DNA of 64,000 nt from Dehalococcoidia bacterium (GTDB taxonomy: Bacteria; Chloroflexota; Dehalococcoidia; Lucifugimonadales; SAR202-VII-2), in assembly GCA_965226745.1 (NCBI GenBank), contig CBDDDS010000001.1, forward strand, positions 37,536-101,535. The letters are read 5' to 3'. The translations under genes were made by a program, and so were the position numbers. This document shows positions 1-9,190 of this stretch, in pieces. Under the pieces are notes generated by a model that saw nothing but the letters and a program-made list of their open reading frames with translations, ran no database searches and had not been told where the DNA came from. Numbering within the stretch: position 1 is the stretch's first letter; each line of letters starts with the position of its first letter.

Positions 1-1
1 C

Positions 2-586
2 GGACGACGCGTCGACGAAGCGCTCCCCCTGCTGCGGCGGCTGTGGACCGAGGACAATGTCACCCACCATGGCGAGTTCTTCACCCTCAATGAAGTCACC
101 ATTGAGCCCAAGCCTATCCAGCAACCGTGCATCCCCCTCTGGATCGGCGGCCGCAGCAGGGCCGCCCAGCGCCGCGTTGGCCGCCTGGGCGACGGCTGGC
201 TAGCCTCCAGCGCCACGCCAGCCGAGATGGAGGAGGGCGTGGCGCATATCTTCGCCACCGCCGCCGACGCAGGACGCTCAGTCGACGAGGACCACATGGG
301 CGCAACCATCGGCTTCCGCATCGAAGCTGACCGGGACACCGCCTCGGAAATGGCGGCGCCATTTGCCATCCGCCTCCGCCCCGACGCGGACCTCGCCAGC
401 TACACGGCTCTTGGCCCCGCCGAAGACGTGGCCGCCCTTCTGAGGGACTACGTTGCAGCCGGCATTACAAAATTCGTCCTGCGGCCGATGTGCCGCCCCC
501 ACGAAATGGAAGACCAGCTCCGGCGCGTCGGCGAGGACGTCATTCCTCTCTTCCACGCCTCCCCAAAGGAAGCAGCGGCCCGCTAG
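2..586 (+). CDS. LLM-class flavin-dependent oxidoreductase (5'-truncated by window edge)
   Basis: Frame open from base 2: ...LLRRLWTEDNVTHHGEFF...IEPKPIQQPCIPLWIGGRSRAAQRRVGRLGDGWL..., typical luciferase-like monooxygenase motifs; continues into ORF 227..586. Confidence 0.85.
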   Translation, partial: GRRVDEALPLLRRLWTEDNVTHHGEFFTLNEVTIEPKPIQQPCIPLWIGGRSRAAQRRVGRLGDGWLASSATPAEMEEGVAHIFATAADAGRSVDEDHMGATIGFRIEADRDTASEMAAPFAIRLRPDADLASYTALGPAEDVAALLRDYVAAGITKFVLRPMCRPHEMEDQLRRVGEDVIPLFHASPKEAAAR

Positions 587-640
587 GTATGCTTCCCAGG
601 GAGGTTGCTACAAACGCGAGGCGGGACCCCCATCCCGCCT

Positions 641-668
641 AAAAAAGAAACCCCCGGTCTCCCGGGGG
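641..668 (-). terminator. Intrinsic terminator of the priA-ftrC-dtxR unit
   Basis: Minus strand CCCCCGG-GAGA-CCGGGGG followed by TTTCTTTTTT. Confidence 0.7.
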
Positions 669-692
669 CCCACTCCGCCGCCTGAGGCGCCC

Positions 693-1439
693 CTACCCCT
701 CCCTCACCCGAATCCGCGAAGCCGCCTCATATCCCAGCGCAATCTCTGTCCCCTCCTGAGTGCGGAGCGCCATCACGCCCCGGTACGGCGCCGCCTCCAC
801 AACCTCCAATGACGCCCCGGGCAGCACCCCCTGAGCGACCAGATAGCCCAGGAGCTCCACCCCGTGCTCGGGCACCCACGTCACCTCATAGAGTCTACCG
901 GCCACCGCTCCGTCCAACGACAACTCTCCGGTCCGGTCCACGTCCGCGGCGCCAGGGATGGGGTGTCCGAAAGGACACGCCGAAGGATTGCCCAGCCGCT
1001 CGGCTATCTTGCCCTCGGTAAGGGGGGACAGGCCGTGCTCCAGCCGGTGGGCCTCTTCGTGCGCCCGTTCCAGCGGCACGCCAAGCTCGCTGACCACCAG
1101 GCACTCCGCCAAACGGTGACGCCGCACCATTTCCCTGGCCATCCCCCGGCCCTCCCCCGTCAGGCGCACCTCTTTCCCCGGCGTGATCTCTACGAGACCC
1201 TGCCGCGCCATCCGCCGCACCATCCCGGTCACCGACGGCAGCGATGTTCCCTGGTGCTCGGTGGATGCCAGCCCTCTCAGATAATCGGCCACGTGGCCGG
1301 GCGTGACCGCAATGTCATCCTCTTCCAGGATGAAGATGGCCTGAAGGTAGTTCTCAGCCGACGGCGAAAGACGCGGTTGCCCTTCTCCCTGAGCGGCGCG
1401 CCGGGTCTCGTCTCCGGCCACTGTCTCAACCGTGCTCAA
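693..1439 (-). CDS. DtxR/MntR-family metal-dependent transcriptional regulator with FeoA-like C-terminal domain
   Basis: ENYLQAIF, PSVTGMVRRM, RRHRLAE, EAHRLEH, CPFGHPIP motifs. Confidence 0.9.
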   Translation of the reverse strand: MSTVETVAGDETRRAAQGEGQPRLSPSAENYLQAIFILEEDDIAVTPGHVADYLRGLASTEHQGTSLPSVTGMVRRMARQGLVEITPGKEVRLTGEGRGMAREMVRRHRLAECLVVSELGVPLERAHEEAHRLEHGLSPLTEGKIAERLGNPSACPFGHPIPGAADVDRTGELSLDGAVAGRLYEVTWVPEHGVELLGYLVAQGVLPGASLEVVEAAPYRGVMALRTQEGTEIALGYEAASRIRVREG

Positions 1440-1858
1440 GAAGGCCGCTCCTTGCGTTCGATCTCCCGCTCTTCCGCCTTGGCCCGCAGGACCCGCCCCT
1501 TGTCCGGAGTTGGATCCTTCACAAGCCCGTACATCCGGCGTCCCTCGTGGTCTTCCGGGAGGTGCTCAGTGATGGGCAGGCCCTCCTCCGTTACGAACAG
1601 CAGACAGTGGCAGTACTTGTAAATCTGCATGTCGTCGCAGGCGCATATCCACGTCCGGTGTTTGATCTCCTCATCCTTGTCGGGATAGAACCGGCAGGGA
1701 CAGAGAGGCCTTCCTATCTGGTCGACGTTGGCCGCCAGGCCAAGGATCACGCCCTCTTTGACCTCGTCCATGGGATGCGTCGTCGTGCCCGACTTTTCGC
1801 AATACTTCTGCACGAAGTTCCGCATCTTCTGCATCGCTGCTTCGCTGGGTTGCTCCAT
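1436..1858 (-). CDS. ftrC: Ferredoxin:thioredoxin reductase catalytic subunit-like protein
   Basis: CPC-X16-CAC-X8-CHC spacing of the FTR catalytic chain; GLAAN...GRPLCPCR. Confidence 0.85.
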   Translation of the reverse strand: MEQPSEAAMQKMRNFVQKYCEKSGTTTHPMDEVKEGVILGLAANVDQIGRPLCPCRFYPDKDEEIKHRTWICACDDMQIYKYCHCLLFVTEEGLPITEHLPEDHEGRRMYGLVKDPTPDKGRVLRAKAEEREIERKERPS

Positions 1859-1958
1859 GATCTCGGCCTCCGTTACCGGGAGTGATCGATTGGATGCGAG
1901 TCGTCTGGGCGGACTGATTCGACGCCATCGTAGCTGGCGCCCTCCGCACTGGCAAGAG

Positions 1959-4388
1959 CTATGCCACGCTCACCGGGTCAATGTCCACAACCCACCCGGC
2001 CGGCAACTCCACCTGGCTCAGGAAGCCGGCCGGATCGGGGCTCCGTAGCACAACGTGCCAGCGGTAGCGCCCCCGAAGGCGCGCAGGATAGGCTGGGGCC
2101 GGCCCTATCACGGCGCTCTCCGCATCCCCGATGGCCCGTTGGCGCCGCAGCAGCGTCCTGCACAGGCGCTCCGCCTCGCCTTCGCTCAAGGCAGCGTTTG
2201 TATGGCTGTAGGTCAACCGGGCCAGGCGGGAAAACGGCGGGTACAGGAACGACCGCCGAAATGCTATCTCCTGGTGGTAGAAGGCTTCATAGTCCTGGGA
2301 GGCAGCCGCCTGGATCGCATAATTTCCCGGCTGATAGGTCTGGATGATAGCCTCTCCCGCCAGCGTCCCCCGGCCCGCTCTGCCCGCGACCTGGCATAGA
2401 AGCTGAAACACCCTCTCTTGCGCCCGGAAGTCCGGGATGTACAGGCCAAGGTCAGCTAGCATGACCCCAACGAGCATCACATTCGGAATGTGCAGGCCCT
2501 TGGTTACCATTTGGGTGCCCACAAGTATCTGGGCCTCGCCGCGGATGAACTTGTTCAACACCAGGTCCCGCTGGCCGGAAATCGTCGAAACGTCCCTGTC
2601 CCACCTCACCGCCTCCGCCTGCGGGAACAGTTCCTGCGCCTCCTGCAACACCCGCTGCGTCCCTACGCCCAGGTAGCGTATGCGCTTGCTCTGACATGCG
2701 GGGCAGGTGAAGGGGACCCGCTGCGCCCGCCCGCAGTGATGGCAAAGGAGCCGTTGGCGGTCCCCGTGATAGATCATCGGCGTGGAGCAGCTCCGGCACT
2801 CCACGGTGTGCCCGCAGTCGCGGCACTGCACGTGCGTGGAGCTGCCCCGGCGGTTGAGAAACAGGATCACCTGGCTGTCGTGGGCAAGCGCCCTGCCCAC
2901 GGCCTCCTGAAGCGGTTCGCTGAACATCGAGCGATTGCCCGCCTTCAGCTCCGACCGCATGTCCACGACCCGAACGTCCGCCATGGCTCCGATGCCCTCA
3001 ACCTCTTCGGTGGGCCTGATGCGGTTCGGCAGCTTGAGAGCCCGATGCTCGCCGCGCTCTGCCCGGTAGTAGGTTGCGACGTCCGGCGTGGCGCTGCCCA
3101 GCACCACGACAGCGCCGGTCAGCCTGGCAAGCTCCATAGCCGACTCCCGGGCGTGGTACCGCGGCGACGCTTCCCCTTGCTTGTAGGTCCACTCGTGCTC
3201 CTCGTCCAACACAATAAGGCCCGGGTCCGAGAGGGGGGCGAACAGGGCGCTCCGCGACCCCACCACCACGTCAGCCTCTCCTCGGTGCAAACGCCGCCAC
3301 GTCTCCCGCCGCTGTGTCTGGGTCAGTTCGCTGTGCAGCACCGCCACCCGTCCGGGGAAGCGCCGGTTGAACCGGTCCAGCGTCTGAGGCGTCAGCGATA
3401 TCTCCGGCACGAGAATGATGCCCTGCTTCCCCTGGCCCAGCGCCTTTGCCAGCGCCCGCAGGTAGACCTCCGTCTTGCCGCTTCCCGTGACCCCGTGCAG
3501 CAGAAATGTTCGCGGCTGGCCCTGCTGCGACTCCATCGCCGCCTCAATCTGCGCCAGCGCCCGCTGCTGATGCCCCGTGAGTGACGGCGGCGGCTCGGGG
3601 GCAGCGCCCGCATCAACATTGGGAGGCCCCTGGTCCACAACCCGGTCTTCCACCACAAGGCCCTTCCCCAGCAGCCCGGTCACCGTGTGGGCCCCGAAAC
3701 GCCGCCGCGCCTCCGTGGCGCGGATCGGCGGCCCCGCCGTCAATACGGTCTCCAGTAGTGCCGCCTGCCTCTTCGCCCGGCTCTTGGCCAGAATAGCCAC
3801 CGCTCCGGCGTCCACTCCCGGCGTTGTTCGTAGGAAGGCAACGTAGCGTTCCCCCTGAGCGGGACGCCGCCACGTCGCCTGGCGCTCCAGCAGGCCGGCC
3901 CTTTCCAATTTGACGAGCTGCTGCTCCGCCCCGCCGCCAAGCACGCGCTTCAACGTCGGCTGGGGCGTCTGAGGATGCTGTTGAAGGTAGTCCAGCACCG
4001 GCTGCTGGCTTGGGGGCATCGCTTCCACCGAGGCTGCCGCGCCCTTCGGCGTCAGCGACACCACGACAGCCCGACGCCCCAAGGCCCCGGGGGGGAGCAT
4101 CAGCGCCACCGCCTCGTACAGCGAGGCCATGTAGGTCTCGGCAATCCACCGGGCCAATGTCAGTTGATGGGCCCGCAGCAATACGCCGGGATGCACAAGG
4201 TCAACGATGTCGCGCGTCCGCTCGACCTGCGGGTGCTCCGCCAACTCGAACACAATGCCCACGACGTTCCTGGGCCCAAACGGCGCCAGCACGGCCTGCC
4301 CAGGCTGCACGGTCAGAGAGTCAGGAACGCGATAGGAGAACGTGCGGTTTCCCGCTGGCGCATCCACCGCTACTTCTGCGTAGCCCAT
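1959..4388 (-). CDS. priA: Primosomal protein N'
   Basis: GVTGSGKTEVY, VPEISLTPQ, DEEH, double CxxC Zn motifs, QVAGRAGR, DIDP C-terminus. Confidence 0.97.
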   Translation of the reverse strand: MGYAEVAVDAPAGNRTFSYRVPDSLTVQPGQAVLAPFGPRNVVGIVFELAEHPQVERTRDIVDLVHPGVLLRAHQLTLARWIAETYMASLYEAVALMLPPGALGRRAVVVSLTPKGAAASVEAMPPSQQPVLDYLQQHPQTPQPTLKRVLGGGAEQQLVKLERAGLLERQATWRRPAQGERYVAFLRTTPGVDAGAVAILAKSRAKRQAALLETVLTAGPPIRATEARRRFGAHTVTGLLGKGLVVEDRVVDQGPPNVDAGAAPEPPPSLTGHQQRALAQIEAAMESQQGQPRTFLLHGVTGSGKTEVYLRALAKALGQGKQGIILVPEISLTPQTLDRFNRRFPGRVAVLHSELTQTQRRETWRRLHRGEADVVVGSRSALFAPLSDPGLIVLDEEHEWTYKQGEASPRYHARESAMELARLTGAVVVLGSATPDVATYYRAERGEHRALKLPNRIRPTEEVEGIGAMADVRVVDMRSELKAGNRSMFSEPLQEAVGRALAHDSQVILFLNRRGSSTHVQCRDCGHTVECRSCSTPMIYHGDRQRLLCHHCGRAQRVPFTCPACQSKRIRYLGVGTQRVLQEAQELFPQAEAVRWDRDVSTISGQRDLVLNKFIRGEAQILVGTQMVTKGLHIPNVMLVGVMLADLGLYIPDFRAQERVFQLLCQVAGRAGRGTLAGEAIIQTYQPGNYAIQAAASQDYEAFYHQEIAFRRSFLYPPFSRLARLTYSHTNAALSEGEAERLCRTLLRRQRAIGDAESAVIGPAPAYPARLRGRYRWHVVLRSPDPAGFLSQVELPAGWVVDIDPVSVA

Positions 4389-4669
4389 GCTCGCATCCTA
4401 GCGCCGACGCCGGCCTTTGCGCCAGCGCCGCGTGTCACGGTCAACACAGCGGCGTAAGCCCAGGAATCCCGGCGGCCCGGCCATACAACAGCGTTCCACC
4501 CCGCTTGCATCGCCCCTTTGGAAGCGCCCCCCGCCAGCCGGCGGCTAGCCGGAGAGGCTCTTGCCAACCGGTTCCACCACACCGGCGCCCTTCCGGAGGC
4601 AGCCACACAACAGGGAAGGGGCGCCGGCTCGGCGCCCCTTCCTAAGTCTCTCTCCCTGTTCCCACGGGC

Positions 4670-5014
4670 CTACCGGCGCCCGCGCTCCCTGATCCGAGCC
4701 TTCTTGCCGCGCAGGCCCCGCAGGTAGTACAGCCTGGCCCGGCGCACGCGGCCCTGCCGCACAACCTTCACCCCGTCGATGCGAGGCGAGTACAACGGGA
4801 ACGTCCGCTCCACGCCCACGCCATGAGCGACCCGGCGCACAGTGAAAGTGGCGTTGACGCCGCCGCCCCGGCTGCGAATGATCACACCCTGAAACGCCTG
4901 GATGCGCTCCCTCTGGCCCTCCACCACGCGAAAGTCCACCTGCACCGTGTCCCCGGGCCTGAACTGCTCAATCTTTGGGTTGGGCTCTACGGCAACAACC
5001 GCCTGAAGGTCCAT
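4670..5014 (-). CDS. rplS: 50S ribosomal protein L19
   Basis: [34 protein letters not shown]. Confidence 0.98.
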   Translation of the reverse strand: MDLQAVVAVEPNPKIEQFRPGDTVQVDFRVVEGQRERIQAFQGVIIRSRGGGVNATFTVRRVAHGVGVERTFPLYSPRIDGVKVVRQGRVRRARLYYLRGLRGKKARIRERGRR

Positions 5015-5332
5015 GAAATCCTCGAACTACGTCCGTATTCGGTTCTCGTCAGCCACAGATTGTACTAGAGGCCGGCAGCCGCTGTCCAGCAGCAGCCAGC
5101 GCCGCCGAGCGCCATCAACGCCGGGCGCCGACAACTGCCACCCAGGCCTCCGGCAGCTCTCGTATGAGCGCACGAGGATTGACCAAGCCCTTATAGACTC
5201 TATCCTCCGTTGGAACTTACCTTGCCGTCCTCGGCCCTGACGGCCAGCAACACCGCATCTTCCGGCCGTTCACTCGCGGGCGCGTCTATGCCCACTTCTG
5301 CCATCCGCCTCTTCCTTTCACCATCCCGTTGT

Positions 5333-5346
5333 AGTACAGTAGTTCT
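5333..5346. promoter_or_regulatory. Putative LexA (SOS) box
   Basis: AGTAC-AGTA-GTTCT (minus strand AGAAC-N4-GTACT) fits the Gram-positive/Chloroflexi GAAC-N4-GTTC type box. Confidence 0.45.
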
Positions 5347-5507
5347 ATTCACCCTCTGACCTGCACTCTGGCGGTGTGCAAGTAATGATTCGGCAAAGAG
5401 GCCCCAAACAATCAAACACGGCATTCCTCGTAGCCAACCCCCAAACACCCGTTACAAACAATCAAAGATGGGATACGCCTACAGGAAGGCCCATCCGACC
5501 CCATCAC

Positions 5508-6602
5508 CTACCCGTTGGGCAGCAAGACCGGGATCATCGCCTCCATGGTGTCATGGGCTCTGAACGCCTCATTCACCTCTTCCAGAGGATAGTAGTGCGT
5601 GATCAGCTTCTCCACCGGATAACGCACAGCCCCGCTCATCGATTCCAGTGACCGTATGGCCGTCTGCGGCGTTGAGGCCACCACTCCGGTCACGTACAGC
5701 GACTTCCGCACGATGAGCGCGGGGTTGACCGGCAGCAGCCCGTAGTCCGTGTACTGCCCCACCACTACGTACTTGCCGCTCATGCGCACCATCTCCAGCC
5801 CTTCCTGAAAGGCCGTCTTCCCGCCCGAAGCTTCAACAACCACGTCGGCGCCCTTCTCCCCCACCAGCTCCAAAACCCGCTGGACCCGGGCCTCCGGCTC
5901 AGGATAGTCGGCTATGTCGACGGTGAGGTCGGCGCCCATCTCCTTGGCCAGCTCCAAACGGCCGGCCGGCGCGCCAACCACGACCACCAGGGATGCCCCC
6001 GATAGTTTGGCCTGGTTGAGCGCCCCCATCCCAACGGGCCCCGAGCCCTGAACGACCACCGTCTCCCCCACCCTGATGCCGCCGGCCCGCTCGATGGCGT
6101 TCATCGTGGTCTGGTTGCCGATGAGCGACATCAGGGCTCGCTCGCTTGATACGTCGTCCGGGATCCGCAGCAGCCACGGCGTCGGCTTCAAATAGACGTA
6201 CTGGGAGAACCCCCCATTGAGCACCGGAGGGTCGCCCAGCGTGTCGAGACCGTATTTACCGTAGGAGTCGCAGAAGAGCGGCATCCCTATTGAGCAGTAG
6301 TAGCAGTGGTTGCACGGGGTCCCTGAAAAGAGCACCCGGTCACCCTCTTTCAGTGGACGCCCGACAGCGTCCGCTGCCACGCCCCTTCCCATCTGGGCAA
6401 CGGTGCCAAGATTCTCGTGGCCAAAGATGGCGGGGTGAGGCGCATCGGGGTTGTGCCAAGCGTGTACGTCGGTGCCGCATACCGCGGCCAACTGCATCTG
6501 CACGAGCACGGCGCCAGGCTCGACCTCCGGCACCGGGAACTCCCGGACCTCCAAGGGCTTCATGGGCCCCACAAAGACGGCTGCCTTGCTAACGTTGGGC
6601 AT
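5508..6602 (-). CDS. Zn-dependent alcohol dehydrogenase (MDR family)
   Basis: CGTD, GHE, structural CxxCxxC..C, GSGPVG nucleotide-binding motif. Confidence 0.92.
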   Translation of the reverse strand: MPNVSKAAVFVGPMKPLEVREFPVPEVEPGAVLVQMQLAAVCGTDVHAWHNPDAPHPAIFGHENLGTVAQMGRGVAADAVGRPLKEGDRVLFSGTPCNHCYYCSIGMPLFCDSYGKYGLDTLGDPPVLNGGFSQYVYLKPTPWLLRIPDDVSSERALMSLIGNQTTMNAIERAGGIRVGETVVVQGSGPVGMGALNQAKLSGASLVVVVGAPAGRLELAKEMGADLTVDIADYPEPEARVQRVLELVGEKGADVVVEASGGKTAFQEGLEMVRMSGKYVVVGQYTDYGLLPVNPALIVRKSLYVTGVVASTPQTAIRSLESMSGAVRYPVEKLITHYYPLEEVNEAFRAHDTMEAMIPVLLPNG

Positions 6603-6795
6603 GACGACCTCCTGAGAAAATAGCCTGCGGCGCCACCCTCAACAGGCTTGCGCCTCCATCCTCGCCGTTGCTGCGGGAATCGCGTTGGCCCAGGGCCGCC
6701 GACCCCGTCTTTCCGGCGCTCCTCGGTGAACTCAGGCTGGACTCAGGGAAGTACCCCCTTGCCCAGCGTTCAGCAATAGCGCGCCAGCCGGACAC

Positions 6796-7137
6796 TTAGG
6801 ATCCCTGACCACCCATGTGCTTCCGCTTGAGCGCATCCAAATCCAAGTCGATGTCCCAGGTGAGAGGGTGTCCGGGGGGAAGATACTCGTTCTCCACCAT
6901 GACGCCGCAATGGGGGCAGTAGAACTCGATGATGCGGACCCATTCCGGGTCGAACGAGTAGTTGTACTGAGGATGGTCGTTGAGGGGGAAATGAATCTCG
7001 CCGGGGTCCCGCTCATGGACCAAGCAGCCGGTCTTGTAGGACTCGGTGGCGGCAACCAGGTCTCCCTGGCAGCGGTTGCAGCACCACATGTCCCGCTCTA
7101 GGTCTATGCCCAGGTATTCCGTTATCTCGACGCGCAT
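6796..7137 (-). CDS. Acetone carboxylase gamma / acetophenone carboxylase small subunit family protein
   Basis: ITEYL, CxxC, SYKxGC, WVRIIEFYCPxCG, EYLPPGHP motifs. Confidence 0.85.
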   Translation of the reverse strand: MRVEITEYLGIDLERDMWCCNRCQGDLVAATESYKTGCLVHERDPGEIHFPLNDHPQYNYSFDPEWVRIIEFYCPHCGVMVENEYLPPGHPLTWDIDLDLDALKRKHMGGQGS

Positions 7138-7153
7138 CGGCGGATCCTCTTCC

Positions 7154-7549
7154 CTAGTCTGGTTGGAAAAGGGGCATGCCCGAATCGCCGAACGTAATCC
7201 GGACGGGCATGCCCACGTATACGTCCTCAGGGGCGCATCCCACCACGTTGCTCATCAGCAGCGGGCCTTCGTCGAGCTCCACCAGTCCAACGACGTAGGG
7301 CACAGGCCAGTCTTCGGGCACGGGACGCATACGGAGATGCACCACCGTGTAGCTGTACACCTGCCCCCTGCCGCTCACCTCCCGCCAGTCCGGGTCGGAA
7401 GCGCCGCAGGCGGGGCAGAACAACCGGGGATAGTGGGCAAAGGCGCCGCACGACCGGCACTTGGGAAGGACCAAGCGGCCCTCCCTCGCGGCGTCCCAGA
7501 ACGGAAGCGTCGCCTCGGTCTCGGGTGGGGTGAAAACGTTATCGGCCAC
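7154..7549 (-). CDS. Zn-ribbon/OB-fold (DUF35) protein, thiolase partner
   Basis: PFWDAAREGRL, CxxC...CPxC, G.G.VYSYTVV, VELDEGP; GTG start at 7549 just after the thiolase stop. Confidence 0.9.
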   Translation of the reverse strand: MADNVFTPPETEATLPFWDAAREGRLVLPKCRSCGAFAHYPRLFCPACGASDPDWREVSGRGQVYSYTVVHLRMRPVPEDWPVPYVVGLVELDEGPLLMSNVVGCAPEDVYVGMPVRITFGDSGMPLFQPD

Positions 7550-7554
7550 GGAGG

Positions 7555-8727
7555 TCAGTCCCTCGCCAGAACCATGGTGTGATGATTGGACACCCATCCC
7601 GCAATGGAGGTGGCTATCGCCAGCTCGGCATCAGGGACCTGGCGCTCCCCGGCCTCCCCTCTCAGTTGCAGCGACGCCTCGATCACCCTCCTCATACCTG
7701 CGAGGTGGGCAAACGACAGCAACCCGCCGTCCGTATTCACGGGGCAGCGTCCCTTGCCCAACTCCAACCCGCCGTCCATGGCGTATTGGCCTGCCTCGCC
7801 CTCTCCGCAGAGTCCTATGCCCTCAACCTGAAGCAGAAGGGCAATGCTGAAGCAGTCGTACAGCTCCGCCACGTCGATGTCCTCGATGGTAACCCCCGCC
7901 ATACCCAGAGCCGCCGCCGCCGAGTCCCGCACCCCGAAGCTGTGCAGCCGCGGCGCCTGGCTCACCATCCAATGCGTCGTCTTGCTCCCAACGCCCAGAA
8001 CGCGGACGGGCCGCTGTCTCAGGTTCCTGGCCCGCTCCAACGTCGTCACCACGAAGGCCGCGCCCCCGTCGGTGATCACGGCGCAGTCTGGAACCCGCAG
8101 GGGCTCGGCCACCATACGCGCGCCGGGATAGTTCTCCCAGGTCAGAGGCTCCTGCCGGAAGGCCCCAGGCGTCATCGCCGCGTGCTTCCGCTCCGATATG
8201 CCCACCGCGGCGAACGACCCCTCCGGCGCGTTGTAGTCGTGAAGATAGCGCCGGGCCAGGAGCGCATAGTGGATGGGAGCGGGGATGCCGCCGTAGGGCT
8301 GCTCGTACTCGTCACCTATCATGGAGAACGAAGCCGGAAGCCCCGTGACGCCTCTCGAAGCGGTGTTGGCGCTCTCTCCAAACACGCACAGCGCCACCTC
8401 CGCCAGACCCGACTCGATGAGGCTTACGGCCTGCGTCAGCAGCGTCCCCGAGACGGAGCCGCCCGCCAACGTCATGGCAACAGGCGGGTCCACGCCCATG
8501 TATTCGGCTAGGGACTCGGCGTTGAAGAAGGTGGGGCGCAAAAACGGACTCTGGCAGAGCCAGGCATCCACGTCGCTGGGCGACAGCCCCGCGTCGTCAA
8601 GGGCAAGGCGGGCGGCCTTCACCTGCAACTCCAACACCGAGTACTGCGGTAGCCTGCCCACGTCGGTGTTGCCTATGCCGGCAATGGCAAGGGGTTTCGT
8701 AAAAGCCCTTCTGGGATGGGACGTCAT
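7555..8727 (-). CDS. Thiolase-family (SCP2-thiolase-like) protein
   Basis: AIAGIG, DCAVITDGGAA, ELYDCF, VNTDGGLLS, QLRGEAGERQV. Confidence 0.9.
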   Translation of the reverse strand: MTSHPRRAFTKPLAIAGIGNTDVGRLPQYSVLELQVKAARLALDDAGLSPSDVDAWLCQSPFLRPTFFNAESLAEYMGVDPPVAMTLAGGSVSGTLLTQAVSLIESGLAEVALCVFGESANTASRGVTGLPASFSMIGDEYEQPYGGIPAPIHYALLARRYLHDYNAPEGSFAAVGISERKHAAMTPGAFRQEPLTWENYPGARMVAEPLRVPDCAVITDGGAAFVVTTLERARNLRQRPVRVLGVGSKTTHWMVSQAPRLHSFGVRDSAAAALGMAGVTIEDIDVAELYDCFSIALLLQVEGIGLCGEGEAGQYAMDGGLELGKGRCPVNTDGGLLSFAHLAGMRRVIEASLQLRGEAGERQVPDAELAIATSIAGWVSNHHTMVLARD

Positions 8728-8760
8728 TGTGGAGACCCAGCCTCCCTTTGCTGAGGCGCC

Positions 8761-8788
8761 ATTATACGGTGCGCCATGGGGATGTCAA
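8761..8788 (-). promoter_or_regulatory. sigma70-type promoter for the thiolase operon
   Basis: Minus strand TTGACA-16-TATAAT perfect hexamers ~35 bp upstream of the start. Confidence 0.7.
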
Positions 8789-8955
8789 AGTCCCTTCCTG
8801 CAAGCGTTCCAGACTCGGACGGAGGCGAACCCCTCCGTCCGCCCTTCGCCAATCTTGCGCCCAACGGAGACCTCTGCAAAACCCGGACAGTGGAACAGCG
8901 CGGACACTTTCTGTGCAACTAGGGATGTTCTGAACAGGCCCCCAGCCCCTCCCTC

Positions 8956-8984
8956 TTGCAAAACAAGAACTTTTGTGCTATTAT
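8956..8984 (+). promoter_or_regulatory. sigma70 promoter with LexA-like box in the spacer (element copy 1)
   Basis: TTGCAA-17-TATTAT with extended -10 TG; AGAAC-TTTT-GTGCT at 8966-8979. Confidence 0.6.
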
Positions 8985-9058
8985 ATCGTCAAGATGCTAA
9001 AGTCTCTCCAAAAGGTGGGCCGCCGGCCCACTCCTCTCTCGGCGCCGGCATACGGATA

Positions 9059-9190
9059 CGCGACGGATACGCGACGGATACGCGACAGCTCCGCGACGGA
9101 TGCGCGACAACTCCGCGACGGATGCGCGACAACTCCGCGACGGATGCGCGACAACTCCGCGACGGATGCGCGACAACTCCGCGACGGCTC
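9059..9190. repeat. Tandem array of 12 x 11-bp CGCGAC-N5 units
   Basis: Tails GGATA, GGATA, AGCTC, then (GGATG, AACTC)x4, GGCTC. Confidence 0.95.

Noticed and set aside
4600-4665. GC-rich hairpins as a REP family (also ~16368-16393, ~17776-17798)
   Set aside because: Sequences are not similar enough to each other; treated as terminators or isolated palindromes
9059-9190. CRISPR array
   Set aside because: Constant part is only 6 bp and variable part 5 bp, tails recur, and no cas genes are in the window
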